A DNA stretch of 64,000 nucleotides from a virus. Position 1 is the stretch's first letter. Each line of letters opens with the position of its first letter. Position numbers and translations under genes: made by a program. Shown in pieces: positions 33,356 to 43,518 of the stretch. The notes beneath the pieces were generated by a model. It made no database searches and had not been told where the DNA came from. It saw nothing but the letters and a program-made list of their open reading frames with translations. The stretch is from the IMG/VR virus record IMGVR_UViG_3300044712_002679, positions 116,406-180,405 of that record, one strand, 5' to 3'.

Positions 33356-34722
33356 ATTGAAAATATTGAATTTAATACTGACAATCTTTTATTTATTGTT
33401 GGTAATCCTATTGGTTCGAGAAAACGATTCACAATATGTAAGAATGTTAAATCAAATTGTTCATCAAAATCAATTTTAACACCTTCTTTTTCTACAATTT
33501 CATATGGATGCATACTTCTTTGAAAAGCAAAAACATTATTTTTAGGATGATTACAATAATAATATTTTATTCTTCCACCTCTTATATTATCATATTTTAC
33601 TTTATATTCCGAATTTTTGTTTAATAAATAATTGTGTAATGCTGCAGCTTTAACACCAAAATGCGCACCTTTAATACATACAACATCGGTTACATCATCT
33701 ATACACTTAATTGAATAATTACTACAACTAGTGGTCATACTAATATCTTCGATATCTGCCATTATAAATTCTCGCTTCATATCTTTAACCAATTTTAAAA
33801 CTTTTCTAATATCAATATTATTAGGATTTCCAAATATATACCTTAAAAAATCATAAATATTTTCTCTAACAAATGGTGGTGTAGAAGATTTAACAATCTC
33901 AACACCCTTTGGATAAAAATATGTCAAATTTTCATAAAAAATTCCATCTTCCCAAACAACATTGTTTATGTAATTCTTTTTTTGAATATGTAATGCTGAA
34001 CGATTAATTGTTTCAAGTTCAAATACATGAAGATTTTTAACACCATATCTTGATGCATATTCAACAAGCCAACTGTTATATAATTTTTCAACAAATATTC
34101 TATTAGCATGTAATATCCAATCCAATTCTTCACCCATATAATTAGATGAATCAATCATTGGTTTAAAAGAAATATATAATGAATCGGTATCACCATATAT
34201 GATTATTGGCTTTTCTTTTGGAATTTGTTCTATATGTGAAAAGTCACCAATTATTCTTTTAAATAAAATATTATAACTTTTAAATTCTTTCTTATCTTCA
34301 ATTAAATCGAATTTATTTATATTTAACTTTTTTAATAACCCATCATCACCATCTAATGAATTGTGTGGATAATTAATATTCATTCCATTAATATCCAACA
34401 AGAAATATTTACCTTCTTTTTCGGCTATATATTCTAAACCTAATCTTTTGTGGGTTTCGATATCCAAATGCCACTCATTATAAAAATATTGTTCAATTTT
34501 TTTCAACATAAAATTTATAACATCACGACCATGTGCAGTAATAGCATTTGCTATATGTGAATTTGATATTACAAAATGCGGATTTGCGAATGCGCCGTAT
34601 GTTCCGTTAATCACGAGCTTAAGTGCTAATTGCATCGCTTTCGCTCTATCATATTCAGCTTTTGTTTCGTCTATTCGACTTTTTAATTCCGCAATTTTTT
34701 GTCTTTTTTCATCAGGTGTCAT
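33352..34722 (-). CDS. family-B DNA polymerase, C-terminal half only (motif B to thumb)
   Basis: KLVINGTYGAF (KxxxNSxYG motif B), IIIYGDTDSLY (motif C), IQKKNYI (KKRY-like); ORF begins ~40 aa before motif B; no exonuclease or motif A region. Confidence 0.75.
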   Translation of the reverse strand: MTPDEKRQKIAELKSRIDETKAEYDRAKAMQLALKLVINGTYGAFANPHFVISNSHIANAITAHGRDVINFMLKKIEQYFYNEWHLDIETHKRLGLEYIAEKEGKYFLLDINGMNINYPHNSLDGDDGLLKKLNINKFDLIEDKKEFKSYNILFKRIIGDFSHIEQIPKEKPIIIYGDTDSLYISFKPMIDSSNYMGEELDWILHANRIFVEKLYNSWLVEYASRYGVKNLHVFELETINRSALHIQKKNYINNVVWEDGIFYENLTYFYPKGVEIVKSSTPPFVRENIYDFLRYIFGNPNNIDIRKVLKLVKDMKREFIMADIEDISMTTSCSNYSIKCIDDVTDVVCIKGAHFGVKAAALHNYLLNKNSEYKVKYDNIRGGRIKYYYCNHPKNNVFAFQRSMHPYEIVEKEGVKIDFDEQFDLTFLHIVNRFLEPIGLPTINKRLSVLNSIFSI

Positions 34723-34815
34723 TTAATATAATATATTTTTCTATATTTAGCATAAAAAAATTTTTTTGTTTATAAATTGTTTTCTGTTTTTAATATATAA
34801 GAAAAAAAATACAAT

Positions 34816-35217
34816 ATGCATATACAATTATTTAATGAACATCATAATGATTTAGAAATTTGGAAAAAAATGATGGATGAATATGATTTAAAATATTTTA
34901 CAGAATTAAGTCAATTATCTAAATCTGATTTAGAACAAATGAGGGAAGATTGGAAAGCGATGAGAAGATATGCGTTATATAAATTAAATCTAGAATTAAA
35001 TAATTCTGGTAAAATTGGACAATTATTGAATGTTGATGTTGAAGATTCAGAATTATATCCATATTTAGATGATAAAGAAGCCAAATTCGGTGGAAATAAA
35101 GAACATTTAACATATAAACAATTATTCTTTAAATATTCTAGAATATTAGATTTTAATGATGGATATAAGCCAAAAAATTTAATATTGATAACCAAAGAAT
35201 TGAAAAATCTCAAATAG
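34816..35217 (+). CDS. hypothetical protein (133 aa)
   Basis: antisense ORFs 34911-35237 are low-complexity and rejected. Confidence 0.45.
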   Translation: MHIQLFNEHHNDLEIWKKMMDEYDLKYFTELSQLSKSDLEQMREDWKAMRRYALYKLNLELNNSGKIGQLLNVDVEDSELYPYLDDKEAKFGGNKEHLTYKQLFFKYSRILDFNDGYKPKNLILITKELKNLK

Positions 35218-36454
35218 TTTTTAATCCAACTTGCCAATATGTTTTACCAGATAATATAATAGACACTTGATTACTTAATCCATTTATAGTGTGTTCTAAT
35301 ATATTATTTGTATTTGAAAAATTAATTATACCGCCATCCCAAGCTGAAATATTCATTAATGATGCAATTCTATCAATTCTACATGCATATCCATAATAAC
35401 AATCATTTCCGATATATGATCCGGCAAAAACTAATCCGATAATTTTTTTAACTCCCGAAAAATCAGCAATTAACGCAGAACCAGAATCACCACGATTTAT
35501 AGGATATGGACAATCTGGGTGCATTGGCTGTGTTGAACCTGTTGTAGCAACAAATTCAATTAGATCAGAATAGCTAACGTTTATATATTTTCCTTGTTTT
35601 TTATAATAAATATTTGAAATAACTGATGGAAATTGTGAAATTCGTAATTTTGTAATCCCTTCACCTTTCCCACCTGTTGTTCTTCCTGCACTATATAATA
35701 ATGGATTATATGATGATGATCCAGGAATTAAAATATTATTAATTTCTTCAGTTGTCGCAAATGGTAGTGGGTTTGTAAAACTCAATCCTTCATATTTATA
35801 TGATGTATTATTTGAAAATGTGTCTCCTGAATTAATTGTTGTTAATGCAACATCGACATAATTATAACCATATGAACTTATTGGATAATATTTTTTAACA
35901 ACACCAATTGGATGATTATCAGATATGCTTTCGTGTGGTTGTGTTACGATATTATTCTTAATGTTACTAATTATGCTAGTTGAACTTCTTTCCGAGCATA
36001 TAAAAGCATCATCAATAAAAACATGATTATTAGATACACCAACCAAAGAATTAGTATCATTATCTTTAGCAATAAATCCCAATGTGCCTGTTGAGTTTGG
36101 CATTGATGTAATATTACTTGCTGATATTCCACCTTTCAATGGTCTAAAAATATTTTTATTTGATATCGTTGTACCAGACCAAATGTAAAATTTAGGATCA
36201 CAACCCAATAATTTAAAATCTTTTTGTACAACATCAGTTTTAATAAATTGATCATTTATATTAATCTCATTTGGTAATAACTGATCTTCAGTCAATTGAT
36301 CTTTTGGTATTTTTTCTTTAACTGAAAAAACGATTGATTTTTCATCTGTTAATATTCCATTAACAGATTTATATCCATATCCAACACCAATTATATTGTC
36401 ATCTGTATTTTGATGGTATTCTTCAATAGTCTTTAATAATTCTTCATGGCCCAT
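35210..36454 (-). CDS. trypsin-like (S1/V8-type) serine peptidase domain protein
   Basis: VSNNHV (His), ...D..., NRGDSGSALI (GDSG catalytic Ser) in correct order. Confidence 0.6.
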   Translation of the reverse strand: MGHEELLKTIEEYHQNTDDNIIGVGYGYKSVNGILTDEKSIVFSVKEKIPKDQLTEDQLLPNEININDQFIKTDVVQKDFKLLGCDPKFYIWSGTTISNKNIFRPLKGGISASNITSMPNSTGTLGFIAKDNDTNSLVGVSNNHVFIDDAFICSERSSTSIISNIKNNIVTQPHESISDNHPIGVVKKYYPISSYGYNYVDVALTTINSGDTFSNNTSYKYEGLSFTNPLPFATTEEINNILIPGSSSYNPLLYSAGRTTGGKGEGITKLRISQFPSVISNIYYKKQGKYINVSYSDLIEFVATTGSTQPMHPDCPYPINRGDSGSALIADFSGVKKIIGLVFAGSYIGNDCYYGYACRIDRIASLMNISAWDGGIINFSNTNNILEHTINGLSNQVSIILSGKTYWQVGLKTI

Positions 36455-36458
36455 AATA

Positions 36459-37232
36459 TTATAATAAATTTGGGATGTGTATAAACACAGTTACTATTCT
36501 AGTTGTCGTCGTCGTTGTCGTAGGTGCTACGGTTGTCGTCGTCGTTGTCGTAGGTGCTACGGTTGTCGTCGTCGTTGTTATTGGTCTTCTAGTAGTTGTC
36601 GTCGTTGTTATTGGTCTTCTAGTAGTTGTCGTCGTTGTTATTGGTCTTCTAGTAGTTGTCGTCGTTGTTATTGGTCTTCTAGTAGTTGTTGTCGTTGTTG
36701 TTATTGGTCTTCTAGTAGTTGTTGTCGTTGTTGTTATTGGTCTTCTAGTAGTTGTTGTCGTTGTTGTTATTGGTCTTCTAGTAGTTTTTGGTCTATTTGT
36801 TATTATTTTTGATCTATTTACAGATGATAATAATACAATTGTTGTAGTAATTGTTGTAGTTGGAACAAAAATAAAATCAGATTCAAATATTCGTAAATTC
36901 ATAGTATGCCAATCTGTTGCTGTTTCTGAAAAAGCAAAAAATATATTTGTTCCTGTTGAATATTTAATTTTAGCTATTGAAATTATATAATAATTTAAAA
37001 ATTTATTTATTAATAAATAATTTGAATTATTATTTGATAAATATTGTACTAAATTTTTGCTATAACCCTTACCTCTTAAAGATAATGGAATTGTATTGAA
37101 ATCAATTTCAACTTCAGCTAAAAATGTGATATTATTTTTTTCAAAAAAATCAAATATATTAGAATATGTGCCAGATTTAAGTTTAAATTTAACATAATGA
37201 TCATTTAACCAACAATATCCAACATTTGTCAT
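36459..37232 (-). CDS. protein with GNAT-like N-terminal region (tentative) and Thr-rich (TTTTTTRRPI)n tail
   Basis: LRGKGYSKNLVQYL resembles GNAT motif A; tail encoded by ~33-bp DNA tandem repeats. Confidence 0.45.
   Translation of the reverse strand: MTNVGYCWLNDHYVKFKLKSGTYSNIFDFFEKNNITFLAEVEIDFNTIPLSLRGKGYSKNLVQYLSNNNSNYLLINKFLNYYIISIAKIKYSTGTNIFFAFSETATDWHTMNLRIFESDFIFVPTTTITTTIVLLSSVNRSKIITNRPKTTRRPITTTTTTTRRPITTTTTTTRRPITTTTTTTRRPITTTTTTRRPITTTTTTRRPITTTTTTRRPITTTTTTVAPTTTTTTTVAPTTTTTTTRIVTVFIHIPNLL
36503..36800. repeat. ~30-33-bp tandem repeats (gtcgtcgttgttattggtcttctagtagtt) x~9
   Basis: read directly; in-frame Thr-rich repeats. Confidence 0.85.
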
Positions 37233-37286
37233 TTTTATAATTATTTAATTTTTTTATATATTAAAATTAAATAATGATAAAAATAA

Positions 37287-37574
37287 TCACCAACTATTCG
37301 CAAATCGAATTTTGTGTACACCATCTGGTATTTCCGATACAATGATTTCAAATCCATCTGTCATATCTTTACTGTATTCGTGTTTTGGTATAGGTATTTC
37401 TAATTTTTCATCTAATAATGACAAATATGGATACTTATTCCCAAAATATTCAGCAGTTTCTTTTGGTAATTCTTTAATACCTGCTTCTAAACAAGCAATC
37501 AATACTTTTGATTGTTTCTTATAATTTTCATTTTCGGGTGAAACAAACCCTGTGATTTTCGTTGACATTCCCAT
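37287..37574 (-). CDS. hypothetical protein (95 aa)
   Basis: ORF. Confidence 0.45.
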   Translation of the reverse strand: MGMSTKITGFVSPENENYKKQSKVLIACLEAGIKELPKETAEYFGNKYPYLSLLDEKLEIPIPKHEYSKDMTDGFEIIVSEIPDGVHKIRFANSW

Positions 37575-37585
37575 TTTTTAATAAT

Positions 37586-38122
37586 TTATTTATTAATTAA
37601 TTCTTTAATTGCATTTATTCCGTTTTCATTAATGTTCCTCGTACCGATTCCAGCAAATTTTTTTGTTAATTTTGGTATTTCTTCATATATTTCAAAACTT
37701 TCTGATTCATAATCATAATAATACCATTGATTAGCAGTTTGTTCAAACAAAAAAATTGGTTTTTTATTATCTATTGCACAAGATACTGCATATCCTGTTC
37801 CACCACATACGTTATTTATATCATCTAACATACCAATAGCAAAAATAGTATCTGAACATTTTACTTGAAACCAATCTCTTGATATTAAATTTTTAATATA
37901 CGATGATAGATTTGAAATATTTCGATTTAATCTAACATTAGCAATTTTAATATGTTCATATCCTTCTTTAAGCTGTTTTGGTGACAATATATGACGGTTC
38001 TTTGAATCTGTATCGTGACCATCAAAAGAAAATGCGACTACATCAAAACCTTTCTTTATAGCTTCATTTTCGAATATAGTATCTGATCCTTTTGCACCCC
38101 CAGAATAACAAGTATATTTCAT
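37586..38122 (-). CDS. SLOG-family (YpsA/DprA-like) Rossmann-fold protein (tentative)
   Basis: CYSGGAKGSDTIFENEAIKKG ... GGTGYA ... GIGTRN. Confidence 0.35.
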   Translation of the reverse strand: MKYTCYSGGAKGSDTIFENEAIKKGFDVVAFSFDGHDTDSKNRHILSPKQLKEGYEHIKIANVRLNRNISNLSSYIKNLISRDWFQVKCSDTIFAIGMLDDINNVCGGTGYAVSCAIDNKKPIFLFEQTANQWYYYDYESESFEIYEEIPKLTKKFAGIGTRNINENGINAIKELINK

Positions 38123-38721
38123 ATTTTTAAATTAAAATTCAATTTTAAAAAATTAGAATCATCATCAATTCTAGTATCATCAATTTTTTTCATTTTATCA
38201 ATAATCTTTCTAAAATTTGAATTGGATATATCTAAAATATTAAAAATACAAGATAATCTACAAGGATAATATCCATCTATTGATATTGTTCCAAATCTAT
38301 TGTTTTTTTGTGGTTCTTCTTGATCACCCAAATAATATTCTAATGTCATATTATCTAAATTTATTATATAGCCATATTCACAATATAACGATTCTTTTAT
38401 AAATTGATTATCTATAATATAATCTTCTATTTTTCCATCATACATTTCAATAAGCCATTCTGTGCTTTGTATATCACTAAATAAATCAGAATTATTTGGA
38501 CTTGTGTATTGTTTATATTTGTCGATCATTTCTTTGTCAGTAATATCGACATTTTTTAATTTTGATGATCGTTCTTTAAAAGTTTTCCAACCTTTTTCAT
38601 TATTTATTCTAACAATCAAATCTAAAACATCTTCACCCAATCCATCAGGATCAGAATTTTCATTATTATAACCCAATGATAATTTATCCTGATAAATTAT
38701 TCCTACTACACCTTTACACAT
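38119..38721 (-). CDS. hypothetical protein (200 aa)
   Basis: 4-nt overlap. Confidence 0.45.
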   Translation of the reverse strand: MCKGVVGIIYQDKLSLGYNNENSDPDGLGEDVLDLIVRINNEKGWKTFKERSSKLKNVDITDKEMIDKYKQYTSPNNSDLFSDIQSTEWLIEMYDGKIEDYIIDNQFIKESLYCEYGYIINLDNMTLEYYLGDQEEPQKNNRFGTISIDGYYPCRLSCIFNILDISNSNFRKIIDKMKKIDDTRIDDDSNFLKLNFNLKI

Positions 38722-38733
38722 ATTTAACTTAAT

Positions 38734-39498
38734 TTATATTGTTAATTCTAATGCTATTAATAAACTGGTATTTTGATTATCTATAAATAAAAAAGTGTCA
38801 AACACATAGACTGTAATATCATCTTCTGTGAATGTTATAGATTTAAAATATTTTTTGGGGAATGTTATTGATAAGTCATCGTGGGTTATATCACAAATTT
38901 TAAGATTCCATTGTATATCTTCACCAATCGAAAGACTATTATCAGTTATATCTAATGTAAGAATATCATTTTCATTATCAACTGCTCCAATTTTTTTAAT
39001 TTTTGTAAATGAATTTTTATCTAATGTGAATTTAAAATCCATATTATTTATATTGACAGTTTTTTTAATTTTTTCGATATCAATATTTGTGTTCATACCC
39101 CGAATATCACCACCAATAATACTTAATTTTAATTTAGAATTTTTTAATTTTAAATTATCTGCATACGTATCATCGTTCATAAAAAATTCACAATTGACAC
39201 TTTCATCATAATCTAAATAATTTTTAAGTGTACTTTCAAATTTAGCACCCTTTTTGACGATATATCTAATTTCTTGTGTTATATCATCAGTAAATGAAAA
39301 AACTTCATTTGTTTTAAAAATAAATGATTTAAATGCATTTACATTTGATTTTTCACCTACAACCACATAAAATAATGTGTCATTTTTATTTATTTTAAAA
39401 AGAATTTCATCATCAATTGATAAAAGATCATGGATTTTATCCAAGAAAAAGTTTAACTGTTGTATTGACATGCTAAACTTGTATGAAATATTCGACAT
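38734..39498 (-). CDS. hypothetical protein (254 aa)
   Basis: ORF heading the minus-strand block. Confidence 0.5.
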   Translation of the reverse strand: MSNISYKFSMSIQQLNFFLDKIHDLLSIDDEILFKINKNDTLFYVVVGEKSNVNAFKSFIFKTNEVFSFTDDITQEIRYIVKKGAKFESTLKNYLDYDESVNCEFFMNDDTYADNLKLKNSKLKLSIIGGDIRGMNTNIDIEKIKKTVNINNMDFKFTLDKNSFTKIKKIGAVDNENDILTLDITDNSLSIGEDIQWNLKICDITHDDLSITFPKKYFKSITFTEDDITVYVFDTFLFIDNQNTSLLIALELTI

Positions 39499-39611
39499 AG
39501 TTATATTTTTACTTTTTTATAGATTAAAAATAAATTAGAGTTTATTTTATTTTATTTGATCTAATTATTTTCGAATTATATTTATTTTGTTTCATGTTGT
39601 TGAATTTTTAT

Positions 39612-39619
39612 TATCTTTG
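39612..39619 (+). promoter_or_regulatory. TATCTTTG promoter-like element in divergent intergenic region upstream of 39681
   Basis: identical octamer. Confidence 0.45.
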
Positions 39620-39680
39620 CACAATTAATGACACCAATCATCATATCAACGGGTGTGGTTAAATTATTTAAATTCATAAA

Positions 39681-40418
39681 ATGTCAAAAATAATCGAATT
39701 AATAAAGATCCATTTTGGTGATAATTCATTTACACCATATGGGCAATGGATTAAAATATTTAAACTTTTTGTTGAAAATTCATCTGAATCAACCAAACAT
39801 AAAATTGATCAAATAGATGAATTTATAAATAAATGGATTGAAAAAGAATATGGTGATTGGTCTATTCCAAATACAATTATAGAAGCCAAAGAAAAATTAG
39901 AAAATAAAATTAATGTTTTTTATGAAATATTAAAAGAATATTCTATAAATAATGAAAAAATTAAAAAAATTATAATAATTCCTGATACTAATGCGCTAAT
40001 ACAAAAACCTGATCCAAAGTCATATAAACAATTAATGAATAACGATAATCTAACGATTATTTTTTTACCTACTGTGTTAAGTGAACTAGATGAACTTAAA
40101 ATTAAAACTTCAAATTTAGATTTTCAAGAAAAAGTAAAATCAGTAATAAATAGATTAAAAGGATATAGAAAACAAGGCAACTTAATTGATGATGATGTAA
40201 CAGTCGAAAAAACAATAAAACTTAAAATGGTTGCATCAGAACCAAATTTTGATAAAACGTTATCTTGGCTTGATAGAAATAACAATGATGATCGGATAGT
40301 TGCAAGTGCATTAGAAATTCAACGGGATAATCCTTCTTCTGTTGTTTGTTTAATAACAAGTGACATAAATTTTCAAAATAAAATAATGATGGCAAAATTA
40401 CCATACAAAGATATATAG
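39681..40418 (+). CDS. PIN-domain nuclease with unknown N-terminal domain
   Basis: IIIIPDTNALI (D), PTVLSELDEL (E/D), NDDRIVASAL (D), LITSDINF (D) in canonical PIN order. Confidence 0.55.
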   Translation: MSKIIELIKIHFGDNSFTPYGQWIKIFKLFVENSSESTKHKIDQIDEFINKWIEKEYGDWSIPNTIIEAKEKLENKINVFYEILKEYSINNEKIKKIIIIPDTNALIQKPDPKSYKQLMNNDNLTIIFLPTVLSELDELKIKTSNLDFQEKVKSVINRLKGYRKQGNLIDDDVTVEKTIKLKMVASEPNFDKTLSWLDRNNNDDRIVASALEIQRDNPSSVVCLITSDINFQNKIMMAKLPYKDI

Positions 40419-40457
40419 AAAGAAGTTTAAAAAACTTCTTTTTTGTTAAAAATTTTG

Positions 40458-40465
40458 TATCTTTG
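40458..40465 (+). promoter_or_regulatory. TATCTTTG promoter-like element 23 nt before ATG 40489
   Basis: identical octamer. Confidence 0.5.
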
Positions 40466-40488
40466 CAAATATTTTTTAACATTCAATT

Positions 40489-41808
40489 ATGACAAAAACA
40501 GAAGAATTTATCCAAAAAGCGAAACTTGTTCACGGGGATAAATATAATTATTCTAAAGTCGAATATATTAATAATCACACTAAAGTTACTATTATTTGTC
40601 CAAAGCATGGTGAATTTAAACAACAACCAGCAAATCATTTAAATAATATGGGTTGTCCAAAATGTGTTGGCAATATAAAATTAACAACAACAGATTTTTT
40701 ATCAAAAGCAAAAGAAATTCATGGGGATAAATATGATTATTCAAAAGTTGAATATGTCGGAATATTTAATCACGTGAAAATAATTTGTCCAATTCATGGG
40801 GAATTTGAACAAACACCAAGACAACATCTTAAAGGTCGTGGGTGTTATAAATGTGGTGGTACACAAAAATATACACAAAATGAATATGTTATAAAAGCAA
40901 AGGAACTTCACGGGGATAAATATGATTATTCAAAAGTTAATTATTTGGGTGGTAGAAAAGATATAATTATAATTTGTCCTAAACACGGTGAATTTAAACA
41001 AAAAGCTGGTCAACATATACATGGTTCAGGTTGTCCAAATTGTGCTGGATTAGGGTTTATATTTCTATCATTTGAAGAAGCAAAAATTTTTGTTAAAAAT
41101 CTTAATTTACAAACACAAAATGAATGGCAAAAATATTGTAAATCGGGAAATAAACCTGATAATATACCAATAGCACCCGAAATTGTTTATAAAAAAGTTT
41201 GGATTAACTGGGGTGATTGGTTGGGTACATTTAAAATTTCAAATCAAAAAAAAGAATATTGGACATTTGAAGAAGCTAGAATATTTGTTAGAAATCTTAA
41301 TTTAAAATCAATAACAGAATGGAAAAGATATTGTAAAAATGAAAATAAACCTAGCAATATTCCAAATGATCCATACGGAACGTATAATAAATATGGTTGG
41401 TTAAATTGGGGTGATTTTTTAGGCTCATTTACATTAGCACCAAAAGATAGACAATATTTATCATTTGAAGAAGCAAGAAATTTTGTTAGAACACTTAATT
41501 TAAATTCAAAAGAAAAATGGGTAAATTATTGTAAATCGGGAAGTAAGCCTAACAATATTCCAAATGATCCATATAGTTATTATAAAGATGATGGTTGGAT
41601 TGATATGGGGGATTGGTTGGGTACATTTACAATTGCCCCACGATATAAACAATTAAATTATCTTTCAGAAGAAGAATTCATACAATTTATTAAAGATACA
41701 TTTCCAAATTTATATGGTGCTGAACTTCATAAAGCATATGAAGCTTGGTGGGATGAAAATAAACCAGAATATTTACCAAAGGATGTTGCTAAATATTATA
41801 ATAAATAA
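40489..41808 (+). CDS. repeat-family protein 1: 4 N-terminal Zn-ribbon modules + 5 x ~57-aa KSGNKP.NIP/WGDWLG repeats + conserved C-terminal tail
   Basis: modules HGDKYDYSKVEY..(K)V.IICP.HGEF.Q.P..HL.G.GCP.C x4; repeats (FEEAR.FVR.LNL.S...W..YCKSGNKP.NIP.DP...Y...GW..WGDWLGTF); tail LSEEEFIQFIKDTFPN...AYEAWWDENKPEYLPK. Confidence 0.7.
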   Translation: MTKTEEFIQKAKLVHGDKYNYSKVEYINNHTKVTIICPKHGEFKQQPANHLNNMGCPKCVGNIKLTTTDFLSKAKEIHGDKYDYSKVEYVGIFNHVKIICPIHGEFEQTPRQHLKGRGCYKCGGTQKYTQNEYVIKAKELHGDKYDYSKVNYLGGRKDIIIICPKHGEFKQKAGQHIHGSGCPNCAGLGFIFLSFEEAKIFVKNLNLQTQNEWQKYCKSGNKPDNIPIAPEIVYKKVWINWGDWLGTFKISNQKKEYWTFEEARIFVRNLNLKSITEWKRYCKNENKPSNIPNDPYGTYNKYGWLNWGDFLGSFTLAPKDRQYLSFEEARNFVRTLNLNSKEKWVNYCKSGSKPNNIPNDPYSYYKDDGWIDMGDWLGTFTIAPRYKQLNYLSEEEFIQFIKDTFPNLYGAELHKAYEAWWDENKPEYLPKDVAKYYNK

Positions 41809-41811
41809 TTT

Positions 41812-43515
41812 ATGTCAAAAAAACGACCTTTTTTATCATTTGAAAATGCTAGATTTTTTTCACGATCTATTAATTTAAAAAGTGGGAAAGAATGGAAAGA
41901 ATTTTGCAAATCAGGTAATAAGCCTGATAATATACCAACAAATCCATATGAAGTATACAAAAAAGAATGGATTAGTATGGGTGATTGGTTAGGGACATTT
42001 TCGGTTCATACTAAAAATTTTTTATCATTTAATGAAGCAAGAATTTTTGCTAGATCAAATAATTTCAAAAATAGAGAAGATTGGAAATTATATTGTAAAT
42101 CGGAAAATAAACCTAATAATATTCCGACAAATCCATATGAAGTATACAATAAAGAATGGATTAGTTGGGGGGATTGGCTAGGAACAAAAATAGGATTTGA
42201 AGGATTTTTATCATTTGAAGAAGCTAGAAATTATGTTAGAAATCTGAACTTAAAATCAAATAAAGAATGGTATAAATATTGTAAGTCAGGAGATAAGCCT
42301 GATAATATTCCATCTACACCAAATAAAAAATATAAAAATTGTGGTTGGACTAATTGGTATGATTGGTTTGGAACAAAAATTGAATTTGAAGGATTTTTAT
42401 CATTTGAAGAAGCTAGAAATTATGTTAGAAACCTGAATATAAAATCATCAAATGATTGGGCTAAATATTGTAAATCTGGAAATAAACCTAATAATATTCC
42501 AAGTAATCCACGTGAAGTATATAAAAATGAATGGAATGATTGGGGTGATTGGTTAGGAACATTTACTATATCAACACAAAACTATGTGTATTTATCATTT
42601 GATGATGCAAGAAATTTTGCTAGAAATCTTAATCTAAAAACACAAACATATTGGAGGAAGTATTGTAAATCGGGAAATAAACCTGATAATATACCAAGTG
42701 ATCCATCCAAAGGTTATAAAGATAAAGGTTGGCTTAGTTGGGGTGATTGGTTAGGTACAAAAATTGGATTTAATGGGTTTTTACCATTTGAAGATGCAAG
42801 AAATTTTGTTAGAAATCTTAATCTAAAAACCCAATATGAATGGAAAGTGTATCTTAATAGTGGAAACAAACCTAACAATATTCCAAATAAACCACGGGAT
42901 GTATATAAAGATTGGATTAGTATGGATGATTGGTTAGGTACTTTTGTGATATCAACCCATAAACAAAAATTTTTATCATTTGATGAAGCAAGAATATTTG
43001 TTAAAAATCTTAGATTAATCGGTAAAGATGATTGGTATAATTATTGTAAAAGCGGAAACAAACCAACGGATATTCCAACTACACCCAATACCGTTTATAG
43101 TGAATGGGTGGGTTGGGGTGATTGGTTAGGAACATATAATATAGCATCATTTGATAAAGAATTTTTATTGTTTAATGATGCGAGAAATATTATTAGAAAC
43201 AAAAATTTTAAAAATCAAAATGAATGGTTTGAATATTGCAAATCGGGAAATAAGCCAAAAAACATTCCAAGTGATCCATCAAAAACCTATATAAATGATT
43301 GGATTGATTGGGGTGATTGGTTGGGTACATTTACTATTGCAACCCAAAATAAACAATTAAATTATCTTTCAGAAGAAGATTTCATACAATTTATTAAAGA
43401 CACATTTCCAAATATTCCACCTGGAATTGAACTTCGCAAAGCATATGAAGCTTGGTGGGATGAAAATAAACCTGATTATTTACCAAAGGATGTTGCAGGA
43501 TACTACAATAAATAA
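41812..43515 (+). CDS. repeat-family protein 2: ~9 tandem ~57-aa repeats + conserved tail
   Basis: same repeat and tail as 40489-41808; 3-nt intergenic spacing. Confidence 0.7.
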   Translation: MSKKRPFLSFENARFFSRSINLKSGKEWKEFCKSGNKPDNIPTNPYEVYKKEWISMGDWLGTFSVHTKNFLSFNEARIFARSNNFKNREDWKLYCKSENKPNNIPTNPYEVYNKEWISWGDWLGTKIGFEGFLSFEEARNYVRNLNLKSNKEWYKYCKSGDKPDNIPSTPNKKYKNCGWTNWYDWFGTKIEFEGFLSFEEARNYVRNLNIKSSNDWAKYCKSGNKPNNIPSNPREVYKNEWNDWGDWLGTFTISTQNYVYLSFDDARNFARNLNLKTQTYWRKYCKSGNKPDNIPSDPSKGYKDKGWLSWGDWLGTKIGFNGFLPFEDARNFVRNLNLKTQYEWKVYLNSGNKPNNIPNKPRDVYKDWISMDDWLGTFVISTHKQKFLSFDEARIFVKNLRLIGKDDWYNYCKSGNKPTDIPTTPNTVYSEWVGWGDWLGTYNIASFDKEFLLFNDARNIIRNKNFKNQNEWFEYCKSGNKPKNIPSDPSKTYINDWIDWGDWLGTFTIATQNKQLNYLSEEDFIQFIKDTFPNIPPGIELRKAYEAWWDENKPDYLPKDVAGYYNK

Positions 43516-43518
43516 TTT

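Noticed and set aside
36475-36990. Plus-strand ORFs (171 and 111 aa) made of VVVVV / CRRR repeats
   Set aside because: They are antisense or alternative-frame readings of the 33-bp tandem repeat. The minus-strand frame encodes a coherent Thr/Pro-rich linker continuous with an N-terminal globular domain.
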